32,435 nucleotides of DNA, taken from a virus (Duplodnaviria > Caudoviricetes). Positions 7,862-17,296 of this stretch are shown here, piece after piece. The DNA is taken from positions 1 to 32,435 of IMG/VR virus record IMGVR_UViG_3300036853_000145. One strand, written 5' to 3'. The notes beneath the pieces were generated by a model. The model was given only the letters and a program-made list of their open reading frames with translations, was not told the origin of the DNA and ran no database searches. The translations under genes were made by a program, and so were the position numbers. Each line of letters begins with the position of its first letter. The first letter of the stretch is position 1.

Positions 7862-8305
7862 GTGCCGAGCACCGAAATCAGCTGGCGCTTCCAGGGCCTG
7901 AACGAGGTCATCCGCGCGACGCGCGACCTGCCCGACGAGGCGCAGCGCGAGATCGCCGACAAGCGCGAGGAACTGAGCCAGCGCCTGGCCACCCTGGTGC
8001 GCGCGGCCGGGCAGGCCAGCGATCGGCAGTCCGCCCGCGCCGCCACCACGGTGCGCCCCGGCGGTGGCGCGCAGATGGTCGTGGCCGGGCCGCACCCGCT
8101 GCTGTTCGGCTCGGAGTTCGGCGCCCTCGGCCGGTTCGGGTGGTACGCGAACCGGCGCTACCGGGGCTCCCGGCCTCGCCAGTTCCGCCCGCACCGTGGT
8201 GCTGCGTCCTACTGGTTCTTCCGCACGATCGAGCGCCACCAGCCCGAGATCGACGAAGCATGGGCGCAGGCGCTTGACGCCACCGTCCGGGCCTGGAGCG
8301 CCTGA
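7862..8305 (+). CDS. HK97 gp10-like tail completion protein
   Basis: F.GL.E..RA..DL, LFGSEFG and YWFF motifs. Confidence 0.65.
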   Translation: MPSTEISWRFQGLNEVIRATRDLPDEAQREIADKREELSQRLATLVRAAGQASDRQSARAATTVRPGGGAQMVVAGPHPLLFGSEFGALGRFGWYANRRYRGSRPRQFRPHRGAASYWFFRTIERHQPEIDEAWAQALDATVRAWSA

Positions 8306-11300
8306 TGGCCCGTACGACCTCGATCATTGAGCTGCTGTTCCGGGGGAACAGCACCGACGCGGCGGCGGCGATCGCCCGTCTTCGCCGGCAACTGGAGGCG
8401 CTGAACGAGAACAACAGCCGCGCCGCGCGCTCGGCCCGGCTGTTCGGTACCGACGTCGACGCCACGTCGCGCAAGCTCAACGGTGCGGCCGGCTCGGCCA
8501 TCAAGTTCGTGGGCGCCATGGGCTCGATCGGCGGGGCGCTGCCCGCCATTGCCGGGCTCACGGCCAGCCTGACGACCACGGCCGGCGCCGCCCTGGTGCT
8601 GCCCGGCGTGCTGCTCGGTGCGGCCGGCGCGGTCACCACGCTGAAGCTGGCCACCTCGGGCTTCGGGGACGCGGTCAAGGCGGCCGACCCCAAGGCGTTC
8701 GCTGAGGCGACGAAGGACATGGCCCCGGCGGCCGTCCAGACGGCCAAGGCGTTCCGCGACCTGAAGCCCGCGATCGAGGCGATGAAGAAGGAGATCCAGA
8801 CCAACTTCTTCGCCGGCCTGGCGACCGACGTCCGGCTGCTCGGGAACCAGTACCTGCCGGCCCTGCGCCCACAGTTCGCGGGCATCGCCACCGAGTACAA
8901 CTCGATGGCCCGCGCCGCTGTAGGCGCCCTGCTGGCCCCGCAGGCCGTCCGTGACGTGAACGCGGTGCTGACCGCGCAGCGTGGCGTCCTGAACGACCTG
9001 AAGCCGGCCCTGGGCAACATCCTGACCGGCATCCTGGCCATCGGCCAGCAGGGCGCGGCCGAGTTCCGGGGCATGGGCGCGGCCATCACCGACGTGACGG
9101 CCCGGTTCGCCGCGTGGGCGCGGCGCGCGCAGGAGACCGGCCAGATCACCCAGATCATCCGGGAGGGCAAAGAGGAGCTGGCCAAGTACGGCGAGGTCGG
9201 CAGCAACGTCGGCGGCATCCTCTCAACGGTCTTCAAGGGCCTGTCGATCGACGGCCAGAACTTCGCCGACGGCCTGATCGAGACCACGCAGGCGCTGGAG
9301 GACTTCCTCAACAGTGCCGAGGGCCAGGAAGCCCTCCAGGCGCTCGGCGAGACCCTGCGGGTGACCGCGCAGGTGACCCGCGAGGTGCTGCTGACCGCCC
9401 TGAAGGAGCTGGCGCCGATCATCATCGCCGTGGCCCCGGCGGTCCAGGACTTCGCCCGGGTGCTCGGGGCGGTGCTGGTCGACGCGATCAAGACGGTCGG
9501 GCCGATCCTCCAGGGCTTCGCCACGGCGCTGTCCGCGCTGGCGCCGTCGTTCCAGTTCCTGGTTCCGGCCCTCGCAGGCCTGGTGCTCGGGTTCGGCGCC
9601 CTGCGGGTGATCAACACGGTGGTGGGCTGGGTGACGGCCGGGGCGGCGGCGTTCCGAACCCTGGGCATCGCGCTCGGGCCGGTGGTGCTGGTGCTGGCCA
9701 TCGGCGCGGCCATTGCCGCCCTGAACAACCTGCGCAGCTCGGAAGAGGCGGCGGCCGAGGCGGCGGCCAAGCACCAGAGCCGTATCCAGACGCTGAAGTC
9801 CACGCTGGACCAGTACAACGGGTCGGTCACCGAGTCGACCCGGCTCCAGGTCGCCCAGGAACTCGCCGGCGCCACCCTCGCCGACGGCACCACGAAGATC
9901 ACCGATGCCCTGCGCGCGGCCGGCATCTCGTTCAACGACTACAGCGCGGCGGCCTCGGGCAACGGTGACGCGCTGGAGCGAGTGAATGCCCAGCTCGGCG
10001 AGCAGGCCCGACAGGTCATCGGTGGGTCGCAGGCGTGGCAGGCGCAGTCGGCCACGCTCCAGAAGCACGGGATCTCGCTGGATCTGGTGAGCGCGGCGGC
10101 GCTGGGCAACGTCCAGGCGCAGCAGGAGATCGCGAACAAGCTGCGCGACACCTCGGTGAACATGACGGCGGCGGAGAACCGGGCTAAGGACTTGACCGAC
10201 CAGTTCCGCGAACAGGTCGGTCCGCTCGGGGAGCTGGGCTCGACCCTGGGCGACTACTCGGGCGCGCTCAAGGACGCCCAGGAACAGACCGCCCTGGCCG
10301 GCAAGGCCGGTGCCGACTTCTCCACCATCCTGGAGTCGATCCAGGGCGGCCTGGCCGGACTGAAGGGCACCGGCAACCCGACCGCGCCCCTGGTGACCGG
10401 CTTCCAGGACTTGGCCAAGGCGGCGCTGACGTCGGCCACGGCGGCCGGGCAGGCCGACGTCGCGTACGGCGGCGTGGCGGCCGGCGCGGACACGGCCGCG
10501 CGCAAGGTCCAGGAGTCCCGGGATGCGTTCATCGCCTCGGCCACGGCAGCCGGGGTGACCCAGCAGCGGGCGAACCAGCTGGCCGACTCGATGGGCCTGA
10601 TCCCGGACGCGGTGCGGACCGATTTCATCACCAACGCCGATGCCGTGGGCCAGTCGCTCAACCAGATCAATGAGCAGTTCGACCGGGTGCCGGGCACCAA
10701 GACGGTCACGGTCAACGCGCTGACCGCCGAGGCGATCACCCGGCTGGAAACTCTGGGCTTCAAGATCCGGGAGACCCCCAACGGACAGTTCGAGGTCACG
10801 GCCAACACCAAGGACGCGCTGGGCCAGCTGGACGCGGCCCTGGCCCAGGTCAACGGCTCTACCGGCACCTTCACCCTGGACGCCAACCCGGCCGACGCCG
10901 AGGGGCGGATCAGGGCCACGGTGACCTTGGCCGACGGTTCGGTCGGCACGATGACGATCGACGGCAACGGTCAGCCGGCCGAGGTGGAACTTAACGGGGT
11001 TAAGTACAAGGTGGACGCCACCACCGGGGTCATGACGATCGACGGCAACCCCAAGCCCGGTATCGCGAACCTGAACGGCTTCAAGCTCCAGACCGACCGG
11101 ACCACCGGAACCATGATCGTGGCCGCCAACACCGGGCCCGGTAAGCAGACCGCCGACGCCTTCTACAACAGCCAGAACGGGCGCGTCATCACCATGACGG
11201 TGCGGGTCACCACGACTGGCGAAGTGCTCGGGCGGGGCAACACCGGCCTGGCCGGCGGTGGCCTGATCGGCCATCCCAAGCTCGGCGGGCAGCCGATGTA

Positions 11301-11727
11301 TGCCAGCTCGGGCTTGGTGCTGTCGGGCTACGCACCTGGCCGGGACACCGTCGGCCCGTTGTGGCTCTCGCCCGGTGAAGCGGTCCTGGTGCCCGAGCTG
11401 GTCAAGCAGATCGGTCCGGGCGAGATCCTGCGCGCGAACCGGATGGCCTCGAACGGCCGGCGGCCCACCATCGCTGGGCACTGGCCCGGGTTCGCTGGCG
11501 GCGGCGTGGTGGACAGCGGCCTGGCCAGCGCCCTGTCCAGTTCGATCCGGACCACGGTCGCGGGTCCGGCGGCGACCGGGACCGTGGTGACCGTTCCGGC
11601 GCCCGTCGTGGTCAACCACTTCTACGTGGACGGGCAGGAGTTCCGGGGCATGGTGCGGACCGAGATCGACGCTGACCAGCGCAAGACGGCTCGGCGGGTC
11701 CGGCAGGGCTCGGGGGCGAGCTTCTGA
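8305..11727 (+). CDS. tape measure protein
   Basis: 1140 aa, Ala/Gly-rich helical; C-terminal AGGGLI...GRDTV..WLSPGEAVL motif; follows the tail chaperone. Confidence 0.92.
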   Translation: MARTTSIIELLFRGNSTDAAAAIARLRRQLEALNENNSRAARSARLFGTDVDATSRKLNGAAGSAIKFVGAMGSIGGALPAIAGLTASLTTTAGAALVLPGVLLGAAGAVTTLKLATSGFGDAVKAADPKAFAEATKDMAPAAVQTAKAFRDLKPAIEAMKKEIQTNFFAGLATDVRLLGNQYLPALRPQFAGIATEYNSMARAAVGALLAPQAVRDVNAVLTAQRGVLNDLKPALGNILTGILAIGQQGAAEFRGMGAAITDVTARFAAWARRAQETGQITQIIREGKEELAKYGEVGSNVGGILSTVFKGLSIDGQNFADGLIETTQALEDFLNSAEGQEALQALGETLRVTAQVTREVLLTALKELAPIIIAVAPAVQDFARVLGAVLVDAIKTVGPILQGFATALSALAPSFQFLVPALAGLVLGFGALRVINTVVGWVTAGAAAFRTLGIALGPVVLVLAIGAAIAALNNLRSSEEAAAEAAAKHQSRIQTLKSTLDQYNGSVTESTRLQVAQELAGATLADGTTKITDALRAAGISFNDYSAAASGNGDALERVNAQLGEQARQVIGGSQAWQAQSATLQKHGISLDLVSAAALGNVQAQQEIANKLRDTSVNMTAAENRAKDLTDQFREQVGPLGELGSTLGDYSGALKDAQEQTALAGKAGADFSTILESIQGGLAGLKGTGNPTAPLVTGFQDLAKAALTSATAAGQADVAYGGVAAGADTAARKVQESRDAFIASATAAGVTQQRANQLADSMGLIPDAVRTDFITNADAVGQSLNQINEQFDRVPGTKTVTVNALTAEAITRLETLGFKIRETPNGQFEVTANTKDALGQLDAALAQVNGSTGTFTLDANPADAEGRIRATVTLADGSVGTMTIDGNGQPAEVELNGVKYKVDATTGVMTIDGNPKPGIANLNGFKLQTDRTTGTMIVAANTGPGKQTADAFYNSQNGRVITMTVRVTTTGEVLGRGNTGLAGGGLIGHPKLGGQPMYASSGLVLSGYAPGRDTVGPLWLSPGEAVLVPELVKQIGPGEILRANRMASNGRRPTIAGHWPGFAGGGVVDSGLASALSSSIRTTVAGPAATGTVVTVPAPVVVNHFYVDGQEFRGMVRTEIDADQRKTARRVRQGSGASF

Positions 11728-13193
11728 TGGCGACCAAGGTCAACCTGCACCGCAACCCGGCGCTGTCGGTCAACGATACGAACTACTTCGGCACCGGGTG
11801 GGCGCGCACGGCCAGCGCCCACGCTTCGCTGCCCCGCACGACCGCGTGGGCGGGCAACACCACCGGCATAGAGCCGGCGCTGGGCCGCTCGACCACGGTG
11901 CCCGGCAAGTACTACGTGCTGAGCTTCAGCGTGCGCGCGATCGCCACGGTGACCGGCGCACTGCACATGGACTGGAAGACCTCCGGCGATGCCTACCTGA
12001 GCACCACCAGCGCGTCCGGTGGCTCCGACGGCGTGGTCAACATGACCAGCTCCAGCACCCGGCGCTTCGGCATGATCGGCCTGGCGCCGGCCACCGGCGA
12101 GCGGATGATCCCGGTGGCGGCGGATTGGCTGGGGGACTCGCAGATCACGGCGGTGATGGTCCGCCAGTTCGACACGCTCGGCGAGGCTGAGGCCGGGCTG
12201 GTCGTCGATCTGCTGCCCGGCAACTACTTCGACGGCAACACGGCCGGCGCGTCGTGGAGCGGCACCTCGGGCCTGTCCACGTCCACGCTGATCGCCGATG
12301 ACCCGCTGGCCGCGCGCACCACCTGGGGCGCGCAGACCACCAGCGTGAACCGCATCCGGGACTTCGGTTCCGGCTCCACCATCTGGGGTGCGCAGACCAC
12401 CCGCACCGGGCTGATCCCCACCGTCAGCTGGGACCCGCGCCGAGGCCGGGTCCGGATCTCGGCGGTCGGGCTCTCGCCCGACGTCGTGCGGGTCGAAGTG
12501 TCCTCACGCGCGGTCGGCACGGTGCGGTGGAGCCCGGTCCGGGGCGGCAAGGTCGCCGTGGTCGGCGGGCGCTTCGAGCGCACCGTCGACGACTACGAGT
12601 TCGTGGCCGGCGAGGGGATGCAGTACCGCATCCAGGCGTTCACCACGGCGGAGAACATCACCCCGGCCAACGTCTCGCAGACCATCGTGGCGTCCATCTC
12701 GGACACCCTCGATCAGGTCTGGATCAAGTTCATCGTGGCCCCGCACCGCAACGCCAAGGTGAGCCTGATCGGGTGGGGCCCGGTCAGCCGGCGGTCCCGG
12801 CAAGCCGTGTTCGGCATCCGCAACCGGCCGGACCCGATCGTGGTCACCGACGTGCACGCCTCCCGCTCGGTCACCGTGCAGCTGATGGCCTGGACCGAGG
12901 ATGAGGCCGAGGAACTGGACCGGTCCCTGGCCCTCGGGCTCCCGGTCTACTTCCAGACCCCGACGAACGTGCAGCTGCGCAGCATGTACGCCTCGGTGGG
13001 GGACTACACGTTCGAGCGCAGCGGCGGCGTGACCAGTCAGCGCCGGATCTTCAGCATCCCGCTCACCGAGGTCTCGCCTCCGCCGCTGTCGATCGTCGGC
13101 CCCGGGCTGACCTACGCCACGCTGCTGGAGGACTTCCAGACCTACGAGGAACTGGCCGATGCCTACGCCTCTTACCTGGAGGTCATCGCCTGA
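11727..13193 (+). CDS. minor tail protein (distal-tail-like, with N-terminal carbohydrate-binding-like region)
   Basis: NL..NP N-terminus, YFDG....ASW.GT motif, DDYE and R.DPIVVTD motifs; immediately after the tape measure gene. Confidence 0.75.
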   Translation: MATKVNLHRNPALSVNDTNYFGTGWARTASAHASLPRTTAWAGNTTGIEPALGRSTTVPGKYYVLSFSVRAIATVTGALHMDWKTSGDAYLSTTSASGGSDGVVNMTSSSTRRFGMIGLAPATGERMIPVAADWLGDSQITAVMVRQFDTLGEAEAGLVVDLLPGNYFDGNTAGASWSGTSGLSTSTLIADDPLAARTTWGAQTTSVNRIRDFGSGSTIWGAQTTRTGLIPTVSWDPRRGRVRISAVGLSPDVVRVEVSSRAVGTVRWSPVRGGKVAVVGGRFERTVDDYEFVAGEGMQYRIQAFTTAENITPANVSQTIVASISDTLDQVWIKFIVAPHRNAKVSLIGWGPVSRRSRQAVFGIRNRPDPIVVTDVHASRSVTVQLMAWTEDEAEELDRSLALGLPVYFQTPTNVQLRSMYASVGDYTFERSGGVTSQRRIFSIPLTEVSPPPLSIVGPGLTYATLLEDFQTYEELADAYASYLEVIA

Positions 13194-15136
13194 TGTACCC
13201 GACCAGCATCCGGTTCCGCGAGACCATCTCGGGCTCGCACCAGACCGTGACCCAGCTGACCCTGCTGACCAAGATCGTCTTCGGGCCGGACCCCCGCGCG
13301 GTCGCGCCCGAGGGCAGCTGGTGGGACCTGCCGCTGCACGATGACAGCTCGGCCGACGTCTCGCTGAACAGCACCTCGGACATCACCGGCTCCCTGGGCA
13401 TCACGGTGCCCGGTGAGTGGTGGGACGTCGTGCGGCCCTACGGCGCCGAGGTGCACGCGGCGCGCGGGGTCAACTTCGGCGACGGCACTACCGAGCTGGT
13501 GCCGCTCGGCTACTTCCGGATCAACCGGCGCACCCAGGACGACATGCCCTACGGCCCGGTGGTGCTGGACTGCCAGGACCGCACCGCGCAGCTGGCGCAG
13601 GTGCGGGTGGCGCTGCCCTGGCAGATCCCGGCCGGCACGTCGCACCGGGCGATCTTCCGGCGGCTACTGGACGGGTCGCCCAGCGATGGCGTCGGTGGCT
13701 ACGGGATGTACGGCCCGGCCGGGCCCAGCGTGCCGGTGGACTGGACCGGGGCCGGCTACGACCCGGACGCCACGGTGACCACCAAGGCCGTGGTGGTGGA
13801 GGACGATGCCGGCAAGTTCCTGTCGAAGATGGTCGGCGAGCGCGGCGCGGTGATCACCGCCAAGTCCACCGGGGAACTGGCCGTGCTGGCCCGGGAACGC
13901 CCGGTGGGCTCGGTCGCTGACTTCACCCTGATGGACGGGCCGACCGGGACCCTGGTCCGGGCGTCGCGCTCGGAGGACCGCAACGGCGTGTTCAACGTCG
14001 TGCGGGCCACCGGCTCGGACCCGGCCAGGGTCACCGGGTACCGGCTGGCCTACAACACCGACCCGACGTCGGCGATCCGCTACAACGGCCCGTTCGGCCC
14101 CTCGGTGCGCTACTACGCCTCGCCCCTGCTGGGTGACTCCGATGCCGCCGATGAGGCTGCCGAAACGATCCTGGCCCGCTCTACGGGCCTGCCCGAGGAG
14201 CGCTCCCTGTGGCTGGTGCCCGACCCGTCGGTGCGCCCGCTCGACACGGTTGAGGTGGTGTTGCCCTCGGGCGTCTCGGTGCACGTCGTGGAGGACGTGG
14301 GGGTCCCGCTCACCGGCAACGATGCGGCATCGGTGCGCACCCGCACGCTGAACTCGGTGCCGTCCAACCCCGAAGACCCCGAGCCCGACACGCAGCCACA
14401 ACCCGACCCGGTGCCCGGCGGTGGCACGACCACCCCGCCCCCCGGTCCCGGTGGCGGGGACCCGTCCGACGGCACGCAGGCCGCGATCGTCAAGGGCTGG
14501 GGCGCGATCCTCACCGGGGACGAGTTCACCACGGCCGGGGACCTGTCGAAGTGGGGTCTCTACAACGGACCCGGCCACGGCGGGAACGGTCTTCGCCGGC
14601 CGAGCGCGTTCACCGTGCACGACGGGATGATGACCATCCACGGTAGCGCCGACAACGTCTCGGGCGGCACGGCGTTCAAACACCGCCAGGACGGGCGCGG
14701 CTACCGCGCCGAGGTCCGCGCGCGGGTCTACAACACCGACAACTCCGGTGGCGACCGGTACCACCCGGTGCTGATCCTCTGGCCGGACTCGGACAACTGG
14801 CCAGCCGGCGCCGAGTATGACTTCTTCGAGTGCGATGAGGGGGACGGCAAGTTCGGGCTCTTTATGCACTTGCCGAACCACACCCCGTACCGCCAGGACC
14901 ACTATTCCGAGACCCTGGATATTCAGAACTGGCACAACTACGCGGTTGACTGGAATGCCCGGGACAAGATCCTGGCGGCCTACATCGACGGCCGGGAGGT
15001 CTACCGGGGTACCGGGCGCGTGGCCGAGGCGCCGGGCCCCATGCACCTCACCGTGCAGCTGGACCACTTCGGCGGCAACCCCCGGGCGGCGAACTTCGAC
15101 ATCGCCTGGGTTCGCGTCTACCAGCGGGTGAAGTGA
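13193..15136 (+). CDS. minor tail hub protein with a C-terminal GH16 glycoside hydrolase domain
   Basis: N-terminal hub-like region (VPLGYFRI, DCQDR, FNVVRATG, GPFG...YYASPLL); Pro-rich linker; then GDEF, LILWP, the EYDFFE (ExDxxE, 14813-14830) motif and WHNYAVDW. Confidence 0.85.
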   Translation: MYPTSIRFRETISGSHQTVTQLTLLTKIVFGPDPRAVAPEGSWWDLPLHDDSSADVSLNSTSDITGSLGITVPGEWWDVVRPYGAEVHAARGVNFGDGTTELVPLGYFRINRRTQDDMPYGPVVLDCQDRTAQLAQVRVALPWQIPAGTSHRAIFRRLLDGSPSDGVGGYGMYGPAGPSVPVDWTGAGYDPDATVTTKAVVVEDDAGKFLSKMVGERGAVITAKSTGELAVLARERPVGSVADFTLMDGPTGTLVRASRSEDRNGVFNVVRATGSDPARVTGYRLAYNTDPTSAIRYNGPFGPSVRYYASPLLGDSDAADEAAETILARSTGLPEERSLWLVPDPSVRPLDTVEVVLPSGVSVHVVEDVGVPLTGNDAASVRTRTLNSVPSNPEDPEPDTQPQPDPVPGGGTTTPPPGPGGGDPSDGTQAAIVKGWGAILTGDEFTTAGDLSKWGLYNGPGHGGNGLRRPSAFTVHDGMMTIHGSADNVSGGTAFKHRQDGRGYRAEVRARVYNTDNSGGDRYHPVLILWPDSDNWPAGAEYDFFECDEGDGKFGLFMHLPNHTPYRQDHYSETLDIQNWHNYAVDWNARDKILAAYIDGREVYRGTGRVAEAPGPMHLTVQLDHFGGNPRAANFDIAWVRVYQRVK

Positions 15137-15378
15137 TGGGCGACTACCTGGCCGACCTCTTCCCGACCGAGCAGACCCCCGGGCGCCCGGTGGCTCTCGG
15201 CGCCTACATGACCGCGTGGGACCCGGTGACCGGATGGAACACCGTCAGCGTCGGGGCGACGAACTACACCGACCTCCCGGCCGTGCGCGCCACGGTCGCC
15301 GGGATCGGCCCGGTCCTGATCCTGTTCACCCCCGAGCCAGTCATCATCGGCACGGTTTCCCCGGCCGCTCCCCGGTAG
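15136..15378 (+). CDS. small minor tail protein
   Basis: TGATG coupling; beta-rich, 80 aa. Confidence 0.65.
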   Translation: MGDYLADLFPTEQTPGRPVALGAYMTAWDPVTGWNTVSVGATNYTDLPAVRATVAGIGPVLILFTPEPVIIGTVSPAAPR

Positions 15379-15391
15379 AAAGGCGCTCCCC
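15365..15391 (+). promoter_or_regulatory. virion-gene start motif CCGCTCCCC-N3-AGAAAGGCGCTCCCC
   Basis: Abuts ATG 15392; same architecture at 16806-16832. Confidence 0.7.
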
Positions 15392-15772
15392 ATGACCATC
15401 GGATTGTCTAAGCTGGCCGCCGTAGAACGGCTCACGGCTTGGGCCACGAAGTACACCTATCTCCAGCTCCACGTCGGCGACCCGGGCGCGAACGGCACGG
15501 CGAACATCGCCGCCGAGAACACCCGCGTGGCGGTCACCTGGGGCACCCCGGATGACACGGTGGCCGGTGTCGTCACGCTGACCCACTCGAACGACCTGGT
15601 GATCACCACGGCGGCGGCCACCGAAGACTGGTCCTTCCTGGCCCACTTCTCGGCCAGCACGGCCGGGGACTTCGGCGGCTCGGGCACCATCACCGCCGAC
15701 CCGATCACCGTGGGCTCGGACCGGACGTTCCCGGCCGGCTCGGTCATCGTCACGGTTCCGGTGGCTGCCTGA
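15392..15772 (+). CDS. minor tail / tail-fibre-associated protein
   Basis: YLQLHVGDPGANGTAN...RVAVTWG and FPAGS pattern. Confidence 0.7.
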   Translation: MTIGLSKLAAVERLTAWATKYTYLQLHVGDPGANGTANIAAENTRVAVTWGTPDDTVAGVVTLTHSNDLVITTAAATEDWSFLAHFSASTAGDFGGSGTITADPITVGSDRTFPAGSVIVTVPVAA

Positions 15773-16380
15773 TGGCCGCCACCGCACGGGGCTACAGCTA
15801 CCCGACACCGCTGGATGAGCCGAACATCCCGCAGCACTTCCAGGATCTCGCCGAGGACATCGACGCTGACGTCACCGAGTTGGCCGCGCTCATCGGCGAG
15901 GGTGGCGGCGGGGGTGGCGGCGACATCGGCACGGTGGTCGGCGGGCGCTGGCACGCCAACACCACGGCGCAGTCCATCCCGGCCACGGTCTCGGGGCCGG
16001 GAACCGTGATCGCCTTCGGCACGGCCGGCGCAGACCCGGCGCCCTCGGGCGTCACCCGCGCCACCGAGGGCTCGGGGCACAAGTTCACCCTGGGCAGCTC
16101 GGGCTTGTGGCACGTGCACGCCACGATCCGCGTGGCCAGTTCGGCCACGGCCGGCGAGATGAGCGCGAACATCCGCTACGGCTCGGGCTACGCCACCAGC
16201 CTGGCCGCCGACGGTGCCCGCCGTGAGGGCTTGGCCCGCACGATCAACCTCGGTTCGACGCGCTACCTGGCCTCGGGAACCGCGCTGGTGGTGCACGTCT
16301 ACAACGGCACCGGCGCGGGCCGGACGCTGGAGCCCGACGCCGGGAACTGGGTCCAGATTGACATCTGGAAGGTCGGCTGA
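15772..16380 (+). CDS. minor tail protein (possible receptor-binding)
   Basis: GYSYP...D.PNIP..FQDLAEDID N-terminus, Gly linker, beta-rich C-terminus. Confidence 0.7.
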   Translation: MAATARGYSYPTPLDEPNIPQHFQDLAEDIDADVTELAALIGEGGGGGGGDIGTVVGGRWHANTTAQSIPATVSGPGTVIAFGTAGADPAPSGVTRATEGSGHKFTLGSSGLWHVHATIRVASSATAGEMSANIRYGSGYATSLAADGARREGLARTINLGSTRYLASGTALVVHVYNGTGAGRTLEPDAGNWVQIDIWKVG

Positions 16381-16802
16381 TGGCGACCGACGACACGGCC
16401 TCAGTGGTCGTGGAGCTGAGCCAGGCGCTGCCACAGTTCAACGTCCGGTGCTACGCCGGTCGCCCGCTCACGATCACCATCCCCCTGGAGCAGGGCGACG
16501 GCACCGACATGCCTGCCTCGGCGATCACCCGCGCCCGCGCGCAGGTGCGCGACGGGATCGACTCGAACCAGGTACTGCACAGCTTCGACACCGATGACGA
16601 TCCGATCGATGCCGTGGTGACCGACGGGCAGATCACCTTCACGGCCACGTCGCTGGTGACGACCAGCTGGGGCGACCTCTGGCCGGGCCGCGCCCCGATC
16701 ACCACGGCGTGGTGGGACATCGAGATCACCGACGAAGACGGCGAGACCTGGCAGATGTCCGAGCCCGGCCTGTTCGAGGTCATCCACCAGGTCACCCGCT
16801 AG
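16380..16802 (+). CDS. minor tail / baseplate-associated Ig-like protein
   Basis: ARAQVR, WWDIEITD..G and G.FEV...VTR pattern. Confidence 0.65.
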   Translation: MATDDTASVVVELSQALPQFNVRCYAGRPLTITIPLEQGDGTDMPASAITRARAQVRDGIDSNQVLHSFDTDDDPIDAVVTDGQITFTATSLVTTSWGDLWPGRAPITTAWWDIEITDEDGETWQMSEPGLFEVIHQVTR

Positions 16803-16805
16803 ACC

Positions 16806-16832
16806 CCGCTCCCCCGCAGAAAGGCGCTCCCC
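16806..16832 (+). promoter_or_regulatory. virion-gene start motif, second full copy
   Basis: CCGCTCCCC-CGC-AGAAAGGCGCTCCCC abutting GTG 16833. Confidence 0.7.
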
Positions 16833-17246
16833 GTGCTCACCCTGACCAACGCGATTCGCTCCACGATGTGCGACGCCATCGTGGACTCCCTGGACGCCGG
16901 GGCCGGCGCCGGGACGATTCAGATCCGCTCGGGCACCCGCCCGGCCGACCCGGCGACCACGGCCACCGGCACCCTGCTGGCCACCGTCACGTGCGCCGAT
17001 CCGGCGTTCGGCTCGGCGTCCTCGGGCGTCGCCACCATCACCGACCCGGCTGGCGTCACGGCGGCGGCCACCGGCACCGCGTCGTGGTTCCGGGCCCTGG
17101 ACTCGAACAGCGCGGCGTGCTTCGACGGCTCGGTGACCGCGACCGGCGGCGGCGGGGACCTGACCCTGTCCAGCACCTCGATCGTCTCGGGGACCACGGT
17201 CGACATCACCGGCGGCACGATCACCGTCCCGCAGGGCACGCCGTAG
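16833..17246 (+). CDS. virion structural protein
   Basis: IRSGTRPA.P....TGTLLA, ATGTASWFR and DGSV...GGG.DL.L motifs. Confidence 0.7.
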   Translation: MLTLTNAIRSTMCDAIVDSLDAGAGAGTIQIRSGTRPADPATTATGTLLATVTCADPAFGSASSGVATITDPAGVTAAATGTASWFRALDSNSAACFDGSVTATGGGGDLTLSSTSIVSGTTVDITGGTITVPQGTP

Positions 17247-17296
17247 CGGGTCACGGCGTAGCGGGACGGCTCGACCAGCGAAGGGAGGTGTAGGGC

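Noticed and set aside
7908-11619. Very long - strand ORFs (675 and 798 aa) and similar shadow ORFs elsewhere (e.g. 13664-15067, 16919-18775, 21193-23061, 2680-4020)
   Set aside because: Antisense or off-frame shadows of real genes, expected in high-GC DNA; Arg/Pro/Gly-rich with no recognisable motifs.
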